The notes below the pieces were generated by a model. It saw nothing but the letters and a program-made list of their open reading frames with translations. It did not search any database and was not told where the DNA came from. From contig JACPDY010000098.1 in the NCBI GenBank assembly GCA_016183775.1, positions 13,547-77,546 of the forward strand: a stretch of DNA of 64,000 nucleotides. The letters run 5' to 3'. A program made the position numbers and the translations under genes. Source of the DNA: Bacteroidota bacterium. Its GTDB lineage: Bacteria > Bacteroidota > Bacteroidia > JABDFU01. Positions 8,926-18,468 of this stretch are shown here, in pieces (the stretch's first letter is position 1; every line of letters starts with the position of its first letter).

Positions 8926-9462
8926 TTATATCAAATTATTTTGTATTTCCCTTAATTGATCTTTGAATGCGGCTTTTTGTTGCTCACCAATTGCCCGGTC
9001 GCAATCTTCAAACCTGAAGTATATTTTTTCAAGTTCCTCTTTAGTCAGAAGGGTTTCTGCCATTTGAAATACTTCATCGTTTTCAACAGCAATATGATCA
9101 AGCAGCGCTTCTGTATAAATACGGAGTTGTTGTTGTACACGGAGGTAATCCTTTTTACCAAGAAACGCTTCAATATTCCTGATCAGACCGCGGAAGTCTT
9201 CGTGATTTTCAAACATTTCCTTTATTACACCGTCTGCCAACAACTCATTTTTTTTATTCATTTCCGGGAAAAGAATATCTTCTTCCTTACGGTGATGATA
9301 CTGATCCGCATAACATTTGAAAAACTTAATCAATTGACTAAGAATTGTTATATATCTTGTTTCGTCTTTTACAAGCAGCGAATCTAATTTCCCTGCTATA
9401 TCTATCGCAAGGACTATAGTTTCATGTTCATTGTACAGTGTCTTTATCGGATCCTTCATCAC
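8926..9462 (-). CDS. Hemerythrin HHE cation-binding domain protein.
   Basis: YADQYHHRKEEDILFPEM and HIAVENDEVF motifs are typical di-iron His/Glu ligands of hemerythrin-like domains. Confidence 0.7.
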   Translation of the reverse strand: MMKDPIKTLYNEHETIVLAIDIAGKLDSLLVKDETRYITILSQLIKFFKCYADQYHHRKEEDILFPEMNKKNELLADGVIKEMFENHEDFRGLIRNIEAFLGKKDYLRVQQQLRIYTEALLDHIAVENDEVFQMAETLLTKEELEKIYFRFEDCDRAIGEQQKAAFKDQLREIQNNLI

Positions 9463-9474
9463 CTAAAATTATTT

Positions 9475-10506
9475 CTATACTATCTGCCAGATTTTTTCTC
9501 CGGACAATATTTTGTTTAAGGGAAGCTTCCCCTTTTTGATTTTAGCATTTTCAACCTGAAGTCTCAATTCCTCTTCATAAATTGTCCTTTCCTCAGTGTA
9601 AACTACGCCAAATGGCCGCGGGAAATGAACTTCAGTACTATCTGAGAATCGTGCTATGATATTGGCTTTTGTTTTATTCCTTTCATCATGTATCCATAGA
9701 TCTTCAATAGATAGGCCGGCTTCTTTAATATTTACAATAACAGGTTTTAATCCGTCCAGCTTTATTCCTTTTTCTTCACTGTTGCCAAACACAAGCGGTT
9801 TCCCGTGATTGATATAAATCGCTTCTTCCTTTTTTGTTTCCTTTTCAGAAAACGGGAAAAAGGCGCCATCATTGAATATCGGGCAGTTCTGATATATTTC
9901 AACAAACGCTCCTCCTTTATGTTGATGAGCGCGCTTAATAACAGCTTGCATATGTTTCGGGTCCCTGTCGAGTGTGCGGGCTATAAATGTTGCTTTAGCA
10001 CCGAGCGCCAACTCTATCGGATTAAAGGGCTCTTCAATAGATCCATAGGGAGTTGTTTTAGTGATTTTACCTTTTTCTGAAGTCGGAGAATATTGTCCTT
10101 TTGTAAGGCTATATATCTGGTTATTGAACACAAGCATTTTGATATCAAAATTCTTTCTCATAAAATGGATAAAGTGATTCCCCCCGATAGATAGGGCATC
10201 TCCATCGCCGCTGATAATCCACACACTCAATTCGGGATTAGCCATCTTAACACCGGAGGCAATGGCCGCAGCTCTTCCATGAATACTGTGCATGCCAAAT
10301 GTATCCATGTAATATGTAAAACGCGAAGAGCAGCCAATACCGGAAATAAAAACGAAATTCTCTTTTGGAATTCCTAATTCCGGAAATACAGTTTGCACCT
10401 GTTTCAAAATGGAGTAATCTCCGCAGCCCGGACACCACTTCACATCCTGATCCGGGATAAAATCCCTGGGAATGAGTTTTGAACCTGTATTTGTAATACT
10501 GTTCAT
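9475..10506 (-). CDS. korB: 2-Oxoglutarate:ferredoxin oxidoreductase beta subunit (TPP-binding).
   Basis: WCPGCGDYSIL N-terminal motif and a TPP-binding GDG region (ISGDGDALSIGGNH). Confidence 0.9.
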   Translation of the reverse strand: MNSITNTGSKLIPRDFIPDQDVKWCPGCGDYSILKQVQTVFPELGIPKENFVFISGIGCSSRFTYYMDTFGMHSIHGRAAAIASGVKMANPELSVWIISGDGDALSIGGNHFIHFMRKNFDIKMLVFNNQIYSLTKGQYSPTSEKGKITKTTPYGSIEEPFNPIELALGAKATFIARTLDRDPKHMQAVIKRAHQHKGGAFVEIYQNCPIFNDGAFFPFSEKETKKEEAIYINHGKPLVFGNSEEKGIKLDGLKPVIVNIKEAGLSIEDLWIHDERNKTKANIIARFSDSTEVHFPRPFGVVYTEERTIYEEELRLQVENAKIKKGKLPLNKILSGEKIWQIV

Positions 10507-12395
10507 TTATCGTTTAGTGTTTTAATAATCTTGTCCTTCAATTCCCGTGTAGTAAAAGGCAACCCTTGTATTTTATTGAAGCCAGTAGCAGGAATAAGAT
10601 ATTTTGCCCGGATGAGTTGAATGAGCTGGCCTGAATTTATTTCGGGAATCAATACTTTTTTGAAATTTCTGAGAAGCTCACCGAGGTTTTTCGGGAATGG
10701 ATTAATATGCCGGAGATGTATATTCGCTACATCATATCCCTCTTCGGCCAGCTCAAGCACAGTGGTTTTAATTGTTCCGTATGTAGAGCCCCAGCTTAAT
10801 ACAACCACGCCGGCATTTTCACTGCCTGTGTCTACCTGGGCTAACGGAATATAATCGGCTATTTTTTGTATTTTTTCCGCACGCAGCTGTGTCATCAATT
10901 CGTGATTTTGGGGATCGTGGGAGACATTGCCTGTATCATTTTGTTTTTCCAGTCCACCAATGCGATGCTCAAGTCCTTTTGTGCCTGGCTTAATCCATGA
11001 GCGTGCGAGTTTCTCATTTCGCTTGTATGGGAGCAAGCCTTCTGCTTCTGAATGCGGTTTGGTGAGAAAACCTGCGTTAATTTCTCTGAGCCGATCTTCG
11101 GTAGGGAAACGCCAGGGCTCCGAGCCATTCGCGATGTATCCGTCACTTAAAAGAATCACCGGTGTCATGTGTTCAACCGCGATCCTGCATGCTTCATAAG
11201 CCGCATCAAAGCAATCGGAGGGGGAAGATGCAGCCAATACAGGGAGTGGAGATTCTCCATGTCTTCCATACATTGCCATTAAGAGGTCTGATTGTTCGGT
11301 TTTTGTAGGAAGTCCTGTTGAAGGTCCCCCTCGCTGAACATTAATAACAACCAAAGGAATCTCGAGCATTGCAGCCAGTCCGAGAGCTTCTGTTTTCAAC
11401 GAAAAACCGGGTCCCGATGTTGTGGTTACAGCCAGGTTTCCAGCGTAAGATGCGCCAATCGCTGAGCATATTCCGGATATCTCATCTTCTGCCTGGAACG
11501 TTAATACTCCGTTCGCTTTGTATTTTGAAAGCTCATGCAATATATCAGATGCCGGGGTAATTGGGTATGACCCAAGGAACAAAGGTAATCTGGCTTTTTC
11601 AGAAGCCGCAAGCAATCCAATAGCTGTAGCGTGGTTACCTGAAATGTTCCGGTAGTTCCCGGTTGGCAGCTTGGCTGAGGAGATTCTAAATCGGGTAGTA
11701 AAAATTTCCGTGTTTTCTCCGAAATTCCAACCTGCCTGCAGCGATTTGATATTCGCGTCAGCCATATCCTGATTTTTTCCAAACTTTTCCTTTATAAAAT
11801 TCAAAGTATAATCAAGCGGCTTATTAAACATCCAGAAAAGAATACCCAGAACAAACATGTTTTTACAACGTTCCCTTTCTTTTGTTCCAAGGCCTGTGCC
11901 CGAAAGCACTTCATTATTAAGCTTGCTTACTTCTACTTTATAAATGATGTAATTGTCAAGCGAGTTGTCTTCGAGGGGGTTAGTACCCGTCGTATAATTG
12001 GCCAGCTTTAAATTTTTAGCATCGAATCCGGATGTATTGGCTATCAGAATCCCGCCCATTTTTAATTTGGGGAAATCCACTTTTAATGCTGCGGCATTCA
12101 TGGCTACCAATACATCATATTGATCTCCCGGAGTAAAGATTTCTTTGCTCCCAAAGTGTACCTGAAAGCCTGAAACACCTGCCACTGTGCCGGCCGGCGC
12201 ACGAATCTCAGAAGGATAGTCCGGAAATGTATTCAGATCCTGGCCCAGAAAAGCTGCAGTGTCTGTAAATTGCATGCCTGTAAGCTGCATACCATCACCA
12301 GAATCGCCGGAAATGCGGATAACTATGCTTTCCGATTCCACACTATTTATGATTTTCTTTTCCTGTCCTTTCAATATGTCCACACTATCCTGCAA
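10503..12395 (-). CDS. korA: 2-Oxoglutarate:ferredoxin oxidoreductase alpha subunit (fused alpha/gamma).
   Basis: 630-aa pyruvate/2-oxoacid:ferredoxin oxidoreductase domains. 4-bp overlap with korB. Confidence 0.9.
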   Translation of the reverse strand: MQDSVDILKGQEKKIINSVESESIVIRISGDSGDGMQLTGMQFTDTAAFLGQDLNTFPDYPSEIRAPAGTVAGVSGFQVHFGSKEIFTPGDQYDVLVAMNAAALKVDFPKLKMGGILIANTSGFDAKNLKLANYTTGTNPLEDNSLDNYIIYKVEVSKLNNEVLSGTGLGTKERERCKNMFVLGILFWMFNKPLDYTLNFIKEKFGKNQDMADANIKSLQAGWNFGENTEIFTTRFRISSAKLPTGNYRNISGNHATAIGLLAASEKARLPLFLGSYPITPASDILHELSKYKANGVLTFQAEDEISGICSAIGASYAGNLAVTTTSGPGFSLKTEALGLAAMLEIPLVVINVQRGGPSTGLPTKTEQSDLLMAMYGRHGESPLPVLAASSPSDCFDAAYEACRIAVEHMTPVILLSDGYIANGSEPWRFPTEDRLREINAGFLTKPHSEAEGLLPYKRNEKLARSWIKPGTKGLEHRIGGLEKQNDTGNVSHDPQNHELMTQLRAEKIQKIADYIPLAQVDTGSENAGVVVLSWGSTYGTIKTTVLELAEEGYDVANIHLRHINPFPKNLGELLRNFKKVLIPEINSGQLIQLIRAKYLIPATGFNKIQGLPFTTRELKDKIIKTLNDK

Positions 12396-12646
12396 GTAAT
12401 GTCTTCTTTTTTAATTGGAGTTCTTCTTTCGATTCCATTCTTTCCTCATCCTGTATGCAACAATTAACAGGATACCGTAAAACATTGGGGTTCATCATAA
12501 AAGCCGGCACACTCAGTGCATTTTTCCGGAACAATGAAATAGATATTTTGGCTTAAGCCTGGTTGCGCGGTATCAGCATCCGCTGTAATTCCTAAATACC
12601 CTCCAATAAAACTTTGTAAATAAACTTGTTTCCGAAAATAATTACT

Positions 12647-12660
12647 ATGATGCAGGTCAT
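12647..12660. promoter_or_regulatory. Imperfect Crp/Fnr-like site ATGATGCAGGTCAT (7/8 core match) in the korA / polyferredoxin divergent region.
   Basis: One mismatch (GTCA vs ATCA). Resembles the site at 34021-34034 (ATGATGCACATCAT). Confidence 0.25.
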
Positions 12661-12927
12661 AGTTTATAATAGGCGCAAAAGATAAATTAACTTGTGCATA
12701 GCAGCATACAATGGTGAAATTCGTAATGTACTTTCATCGTTTGAGTTCAACTTATTGTGAATAATTATATCATGCGCATATGATGATATCCAGGAGATTG
12801 TATGGAGGACTATATGTTGAATTAAGGAGGAATGGCATACTTCATGAATCCATTCCCAATATTTTGCACACCGGAGAGTTCCGGAAATTTCGTTATAAAA
12901 AGAAATTATTAAATGAAATGTTGAGCA

Positions 12928-14907
12928 ATGCCTGATTACAGTCTTCGGCGATCAATAGTTCTTGGAAGTGTATACCTGTTAATTGGTCTGCATATTGCGC
13001 ACTGGAAAATTTCAGGCTGCTCCCTGGCACCACTGGAACTTAATGAAGTGTCGTATACGCTTCATTTAGGAATGATAACTGCCGGATTTATTTTTATGTC
13101 TGCTGCTGTTATTTCAACACTTATTGTGGGCCGTTTTTTTTGTTCCTGGGGATGTCATCTGCTCGCCCTACAGGATTTGTCATCATGGTTACTTTCTAAA
13201 GCCGGCATACGTCCGAAGCCTGTTCGATCCCGTATGTTATTGTGGATACCCATACTTGCCATGTTCAATCTTTTTATTTTTCCACTGGCAAAACGCCTAT
13301 GGGAAGGAAATGGATTGCCCGATTTTCATGTTGTTTCAGATGTACATCAATGGTCTTCATTTATTTCCAATAACCTTTGGAGAAATCTTCCCGGTCCCGG
13401 TATTACAGTATTAACTTTTGTGGTCTGTGGATTTCTGATGATTTACTTTTTGGGATCCAGAAGCTTTTGTAATTACGCATGTCCGTATGGCGCTATTTTC
13501 TCAGTTGTAGATCGCCTGGCTCCCGGCCGGATTGCACTTACCGGTGATTGTACTCAATGCGGGTTATGCACCGCCCGATGCCAGTCAGATATCAGGGTAC
13601 ATGAAGAAATTAACCGTTTTGGAATGGTAGTTAATCCTGCATGTCTGAAAGATCTTGATTGCGTGAGTGTTTGCAACGAACAAGCCATTCATTTCAGTTT
13701 TACCTCGCCTCCTTTATTTGGCAAAGATACCCAGGTAAAAAAATATTATTCTTACTCCCGTTTTGAGGATTTTGTAATCGGTATAATTTTTTTGCTGAGC
13801 CTGTTTATCCTCAGGGGACTTTATGAAACAATTCCGTTTCTGCTTGCAATTGCGATTTCTATTTTATTTGCCAGCTATTTCCTTTTCGCTTACCGGCTTA
13901 TAAAAGAAAAGGGGATCTGTCTTTTTAATAACAACACCCTGAAAAAAATGGGGAGATATACTTCTGTCGGCAAATTTTCGCTGATCATAGGGTTGTTTAT
14001 ATTATCTTTCATGTTACACAGTATATTTATCCGTTGGCATTATTATTCAGGAACACGGGCATATCTTTTAGTCAAAAAATATGCTGAAGTTTCGGCAGGG
14101 GGCTATATGTCGCCTCACCTGTTTAAAACTGCAGACCTGGCATTAGTACATTTTAAAAAAATTGACAGGTGGGGTTTACTGACGCCGGCGAGCATAAATC
14201 GTCAGCTGGCTTCCTTATATCTGATGCAGAGGGATTATCCGTTGGCTGTACAGCATTTGCAAAAAACCTTACTGCAATCACCCGCTGATAATGAGGCGCG
14301 GTTGCGGTTGGGAAATGCATATCACCTTTGGGGTAAAAGCGCTGAAGCTTCCGACGTATTTCGGAATCTGATCTCCGGATTTGGACAACTATTTTCGAAA
14401 CGAGATACAGCGATATTTGCGGGTGCAAATTCGCAATTGGGAGATATTTTAGTGTCTCAAAAAAAATACAGAAGTGCATTTCTTTGTTATTCTGCTGCTT
14501 TATCAATGGATTCCTGCAATGCTGTTCTGTGGCTTTCTTATGGATCCGCCCTGGTAAAAAACGGACAACTCTCCCGGGCAAAAGACTGCCTGATAAAAAG
14601 CCTGGAAATTGATCCCGGCTGTGCACCAGCACATTTTAACCTGGGAACAGTTTACGCGCTCATGAGTCAAACAGAAGATGCTGTACTGCATTACCGCTTG
14701 TCGGCTCAATTGAACCCTAAAAGGGCAGAAACATTCTGTAATCTCGGTATACTTTTTTTCAAACAGCACAAATTTAATGAAGCGGAAGTTGCTCTTGGCA
14801 AAGCAGGGGAATTGGATCCAAATTCAGCTATTATATATTCTTACATGGCCAAGGTGCTTGATGAAAAGAAGGAAAGCCACAGGTCGGATAATATTATTCA
14901 ACAGTAA
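12928..14907 (+). CDS. NapH/MauN-type membrane polyferredoxin (4Fe-4S) fused to C-terminal TPR repeats.
   Basis: N-terminal TM region with FCSWGCHLLALQDL, then CNYACPYGAIFS and CTQCGLCTARCQSD ferredoxin motifs. C-terminal ~300 aa are TPR-like (AxxYxxxG, LxPxxAxxxxNLG repeats). Confidence 0.65.
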   Translation: MPDYSLRRSIVLGSVYLLIGLHIAHWKISGCSLAPLELNEVSYTLHLGMITAGFIFMSAAVISTLIVGRFFCSWGCHLLALQDLSSWLLSKAGIRPKPVRSRMLLWIPILAMFNLFIFPLAKRLWEGNGLPDFHVVSDVHQWSSFISNNLWRNLPGPGITVLTFVVCGFLMIYFLGSRSFCNYACPYGAIFSVVDRLAPGRIALTGDCTQCGLCTARCQSDIRVHEEINRFGMVVNPACLKDLDCVSVCNEQAIHFSFTSPPLFGKDTQVKKYYSYSRFEDFVIGIIFLLSLFILRGLYETIPFLLAIAISILFASYFLFAYRLIKEKGICLFNNNTLKKMGRYTSVGKFSLIIGLFILSFMLHSIFIRWHYYSGTRAYLLVKKYAEVSAGGYMSPHLFKTADLALVHFKKIDRWGLLTPASINRQLASLYLMQRDYPLAVQHLQKTLLQSPADNEARLRLGNAYHLWGKSAEASDVFRNLISGFGQLFSKRDTAIFAGANSQLGDILVSQKKYRSAFLCYSAALSMDSCNAVLWLSYGSALVKNGQLSRAKDCLIKSLEIDPGCAPAHFNLGTVYALMSQTEDAVLHYRLSAQLNPKRAETFCNLGILFFKQHKFNEAEVALGKAGELDPNSAIIYSYMAKVLDEKKESHRSDNIIQQ

Positions 14908-16978
14908 TCTTGCCTGCTGCCAAAGTAGTTCTCTCTGAAAATATTTTGTAGAAATAAAGGCCATTTGTCAGACCCATCTTGCCAATAACTGTTGTACCGG
15001 AAGATATATTTGTCGCTGTCTTAACAATTCGTCCTGTAATATCATAAATTACAAGACGATAATTAATTACTGTACCCTCCTCAATTTTTATGTTTAATAC
15101 ATCTGTGAATAAATTACGGGTAAGCGTGTAATCTGGCATAGATTTATCAAAACGCTTTGCTCTTAGGAGGCAGGTTTTGTCAACAAATGCTGTCCCAGAT
15201 ACCCGGGCGCTTGCCGGATGAAAGTCGGCAGTTGTTATCTCCCAGTCATAAAGACAGGTATAATCACTTTTCCCTAATCCTGAAGTTTTTATTGATAAAA
15301 CACCGGGTATAGTATATGGATAGCTGAGGTTGGCGGTGTTTCCATAAAAGGCATGACCAGAATCGGCTTTAATGAAGAGCATATAATTAAATTCAGGAAT
15401 GACAGGAAATCCAAGTGGAATACGATTCTTTCCGGTAACCAGACTTACTCTTTTTGTATTAAGTTCATTGCCACTCCACTCCAACATTGACAGGGTAAAT
15501 GTTCCTGGATTTTTTGCATAAACTGTTATAGCCTCAAGTGTAAAGGGCGACATACAGTCAAATATCAAGTATGATGAACGTTTATAGTATTTCCCTTCAC
15601 CACTCGTATCTGATTTGCCAACATGACCCGACAGCCCTGGTATTGTTTTCACATTTTCTACAAAGAAGGTTGTTGAGTTTGTAAGAGAAGGGGTCATATA
15701 TGAATTTCCCTTTGCTACAACTCTCCCCCCGATTGGCTTATCGTACCATACAAGGCTTTCAGTGCCAAATGCCTTCAACAGCACAGAGTCACCTGAGCAA
15801 ATTGTATCGCCAATAGTTATGGGAGGAGCAGGTGGATCAAGCATATTCACAGTAAGCGGTGCTGATGTAGCGGTCCCACACGGGCTTGTAAGCGTCACAT
15901 AGTATATTCCTCCTGACTTCACTGTAATAAATGAAGTAGTATCACCGGTTGACCATTTGTAAGAATAGGCGGCTGTTGCAAGAAGTTTTAAACTGTCTCC
16001 CTGACAAATAGTAGTGGGCCCCTGGGGATAAATAATAGCCGTAGGATTTCCGACATTGTCCTGCCTGGACAAATTAACTGGTACTGTTATTATATTATTG
16101 CTCTTGTCCGATTCAAGAAAATGATTGTCAGGATCGATTTCTAATACCAGATAGTAATCATTTCCGTTACATGTTCCTGGTGGAATGTCTATCCACATAC
16201 CATAGAGATTTTTATCATATGTGTCAGTATAGCCGGGAGATATGCCCTGAAATCCCAAAGCACAGTCATAATATCCTTCCCTTCCGGAGTTGGGGAATTT
16301 ATCGTCAAGCAATATATTGTCTTTTGAATCCCGGCAGATACCGGGATAGGAGGAGCATTTTCGCTCATCATCTAAACAGAATGAATTTTTGTAGGCTCCT
16401 GCGACTATTGGCCATTTTTTAGGATTAGGCTCTTTCGGATTTTTAAGCCGTAAGCTCAGAAATTCAAAATTCCCAATATAAAAACTTGAGCTCAGCACGT
16501 TATATGGCATTGCACCCAATACGTGATCAAAATAAGAAACAGAATCCGATGTTTTTTGATAGATGCGCTGTATCACTATATGCTTGGGCTCAAGACCATC
16601 CGGGCATTTACCTATATACCCGGTAGAGAAGGTATCACTGCCGCATACCAAAAAATTTGTAGTACGTAATTCAAGAGGTCCTGATCCGATATTTGGTGTT
16701 GAAACAGAGAGCCTCAGCCTGCCATCATTCATACTAAAATCGGCGTTTTTTTGAGGATATTCAATATACCCTCCCGTATCCGTCAGAATTTGGCGGGAGA
16801 TAGTCATGTCAGGCAACAAATCGCAGTTTATAGTGGTTTCATTAATGCATTTGCTTCCTCTGGCGTCTTTAGTTGTGCAGGATTGGGAATACATAGCAAG
16901 TAATAAAGAAACATAACAAAGTAAAAAGGATATTGAACGTTTAACTAAATGTGAAAAATTTAATACGAATGAAAGCAT
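14894..16978 (-). CDS. Secreted T9SS cargo protein with a lysyl-oxidase-like domain, Ig-like beta repeats and a Por C-terminal sorting domain.
   Basis: Signal peptide. Segment KNSFCLDDERKC...GISPGYTDTYDKNLYGMWIDIPPG...YYLVLEIDPDNHFLESDKSNN parallels the LOX catalytic domain (ASFCLEDTSC...[33 protein letters not shown]...ESDYTNN). C-terminus GLYFYKIFSERTTLAAGKITVE is T9SS-CTD-like. Confidence 0.6.
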   Translation of the reverse strand: MLSFVLNFSHLVKRSISFLLCYVSLLLAMYSQSCTTKDARGSKCINETTINCDLLPDMTISRQILTDTGGYIEYPQKNADFSMNDGRLRLSVSTPNIGSGPLELRTTNFLVCGSDTFSTGYIGKCPDGLEPKHIVIQRIYQKTSDSVSYFDHVLGAMPYNVLSSSFYIGNFEFLSLRLKNPKEPNPKKWPIVAGAYKNSFCLDDERKCSSYPGICRDSKDNILLDDKFPNSGREGYYDCALGFQGISPGYTDTYDKNLYGMWIDIPPGTCNGNDYYLVLEIDPDNHFLESDKSNNIITVPVNLSRQDNVGNPTAIIYPQGPTTICQGDSLKLLATAAYSYKWSTGDTTSFITVKSGGIYYVTLTSPCGTATSAPLTVNMLDPPAPPITIGDTICSGDSVLLKAFGTESLVWYDKPIGGRVVAKGNSYMTPSLTNSTTFFVENVKTIPGLSGHVGKSDTSGEGKYYKRSSYLIFDCMSPFTLEAITVYAKNPGTFTLSMLEWSGNELNTKRVSLVTGKNRIPLGFPVIPEFNYMLFIKADSGHAFYGNTANLSYPYTIPGVLSIKTSGLGKSDYTCLYDWEITTADFHPASARVSGTAFVDKTCLLRAKRFDKSMPDYTLTRNLFTDVLNIKIEEGTVINYRLVIYDITGRIVKTATNISSGTTVIGKMGLTNGLYFYKIFSERTTLAAGKITVE

Positions 16979-17224
16979 CGCCTATGTTATTTGGTAAGTT
17001 GGGAATACAAATTATTTTTGATAAACATTTTAAGTATGTGAACTTTTCTGAAAAAACAGGCTTGCAAATCGCAGTTCAAAATAGCAGGTATGAGTACTTC
17101 CAGGGGAGGAAGAAATCGGCAAGTTGGTATAAAGATATTTGATGCAGGCCGAAAAAATTATGATCAAACGCAATAGAAGATTTTGTTTATGAACAGAAAC
17201 AAAATCAGATATGGGAACAGCCGA

Positions 17225-18451
17225 TCATCCTAAATTCATCTCCCTTTGACCTGAAGATATTACGCTTTCATTTAGATCAAATTTTATTATAAACGTAGTC
17301 CCCTCTCCAAGCTTGCTGGTAAAATCAATTTTCCCGTTCAATAGTTCCACATACTTTGCAACAATATTGAGTCCAAGGCCTGTCCCCTGTATGGCGGAAA
17401 CATTTTCTCCTCTGAAAAATCTTTCGAAAAGATGTACCTGGTCTTCATCAGAAATCCCCATTCCATTATCCTCAACTTTAAGAATTAAATTTGAATGGAG
17501 AGCTTCACTTTTAATGCTTATTCTGCAGTCTTCCTTCGAAAACTTAATTGAATTTGAGATAAGGTTTAATAAAATATGTTTTAATATCTTCTTATCAAGG
17601 ATAATTTCATCCTGGCCAAAGTGATGGTATTCGATTTTCTGCCCGGGTTGGGCCACTAAAAGCATTTCCCGGACAACGTCTGACACCGCATTGTATATCG
17701 AAAACTGCTCTAATGAGGTTGTCATTCCTCCTTCTTCGAGTTTACTAACAGAAAGGATATCATTTAATATATCAGTAAGATGGACTACAGCAGATTTTAT
17801 CCGGTCAATATGCCTGTTTTGTTTTGCTTTTTCGTTTTGTTCACCATATTTCGAGACCAGGGATAGCGAAGACAGAATGGTGGCAAGAGGTGTCCGGAAC
17901 TCATGGGACGCAGTTGAAACAAATCGTGTTTTAAGCTCATTTAATTCCTTTTCGTGCTCTAAAGATTTCTGCAGCTCTTCCTCCGACTTTTTAAGATTTT
18001 TAAGTGCATTTTCCAGAACAACAGTTCGTTCTTTAACACGCTCCTCAAGATAAAAATTTGACTCTTTAAGATCTGCTGTCAATTGCTGCAGGACTTCATG
18101 CTGCTCTATAGCTTTCCGTTCAATTTTTTTATACCTGACAATAACAATCGCGCATGTAATAACAACCATAATAGAAAGCAGACGATTGGCAATGGCTATA
18201 TAGGCAACCGCACCCACAGAAGCTGGCGGCGAAAAAAAATACCCGGAAATTATCAGTACAACTCCCGTCAGGGCAGAGATAACAATGTATCTCTTATCAT
18301 TAGCCCACATTGAAAGAAGCATAACACCTACATACCAGATGCCATCCGCAACACCAAGGGGTGTAAGCAGGTCAATAGCGAATATTATCAACGAGAGGGA
18401 TAGCCCTGTAATAAATATAAAATTCGAACTTGAATTTTTGTTAGGCGGCAT
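17225..18451 (-). CDS. Membrane-bound sensor histidine kinase (HisKA + HATPase_c).
   Basis: H-box ASHEFRTPLATI, plus N- and G-boxes (NLISNSIKFS, GTGLGLNIV). Four N-terminal TM segments without a periplasmic domain. Confidence 0.85.
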   Translation of the reverse strand: MPPNKNSSSNFIFITGLSLSLIIFAIDLLTPLGVADGIWYVGVMLLSMWANDKRYIVISALTGVVLIISGYFFSPPASVGAVAYIAIANRLLSIMVVITCAIVIVRYKKIERKAIEQHEVLQQLTADLKESNFYLEERVKERTVVLENALKNLKKSEEELQKSLEHEKELNELKTRFVSTASHEFRTPLATILSSLSLVSKYGEQNEKAKQNRHIDRIKSAVVHLTDILNDILSVSKLEEGGMTTSLEQFSIYNAVSDVVREMLLVAQPGQKIEYHHFGQDEIILDKKILKHILLNLISNSIKFSKEDCRISIKSEALHSNLILKVEDNGMGISDEDQVHLFERFFRGENVSAIQGTGLGLNIVAKYVELLNGKIDFTSKLGEGTTFIIKFDLNESVISSGQREMNLG

Positions 18452-18468
18452 TTTTTCAGATAATTTGC

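Noticed and set aside
12765-12795. Everted repeat ATATCAT-gcgcatatg-ATGATAT in the korA / polyferredoxin divergent region.
   Set aside because: Its half-sites are in the opposite orientation to the recurrent TGAT-N4-ATCA motif, and its spacing differs. It could be an operator for another regulator, but it is a single occurrence and cannot be supported further.
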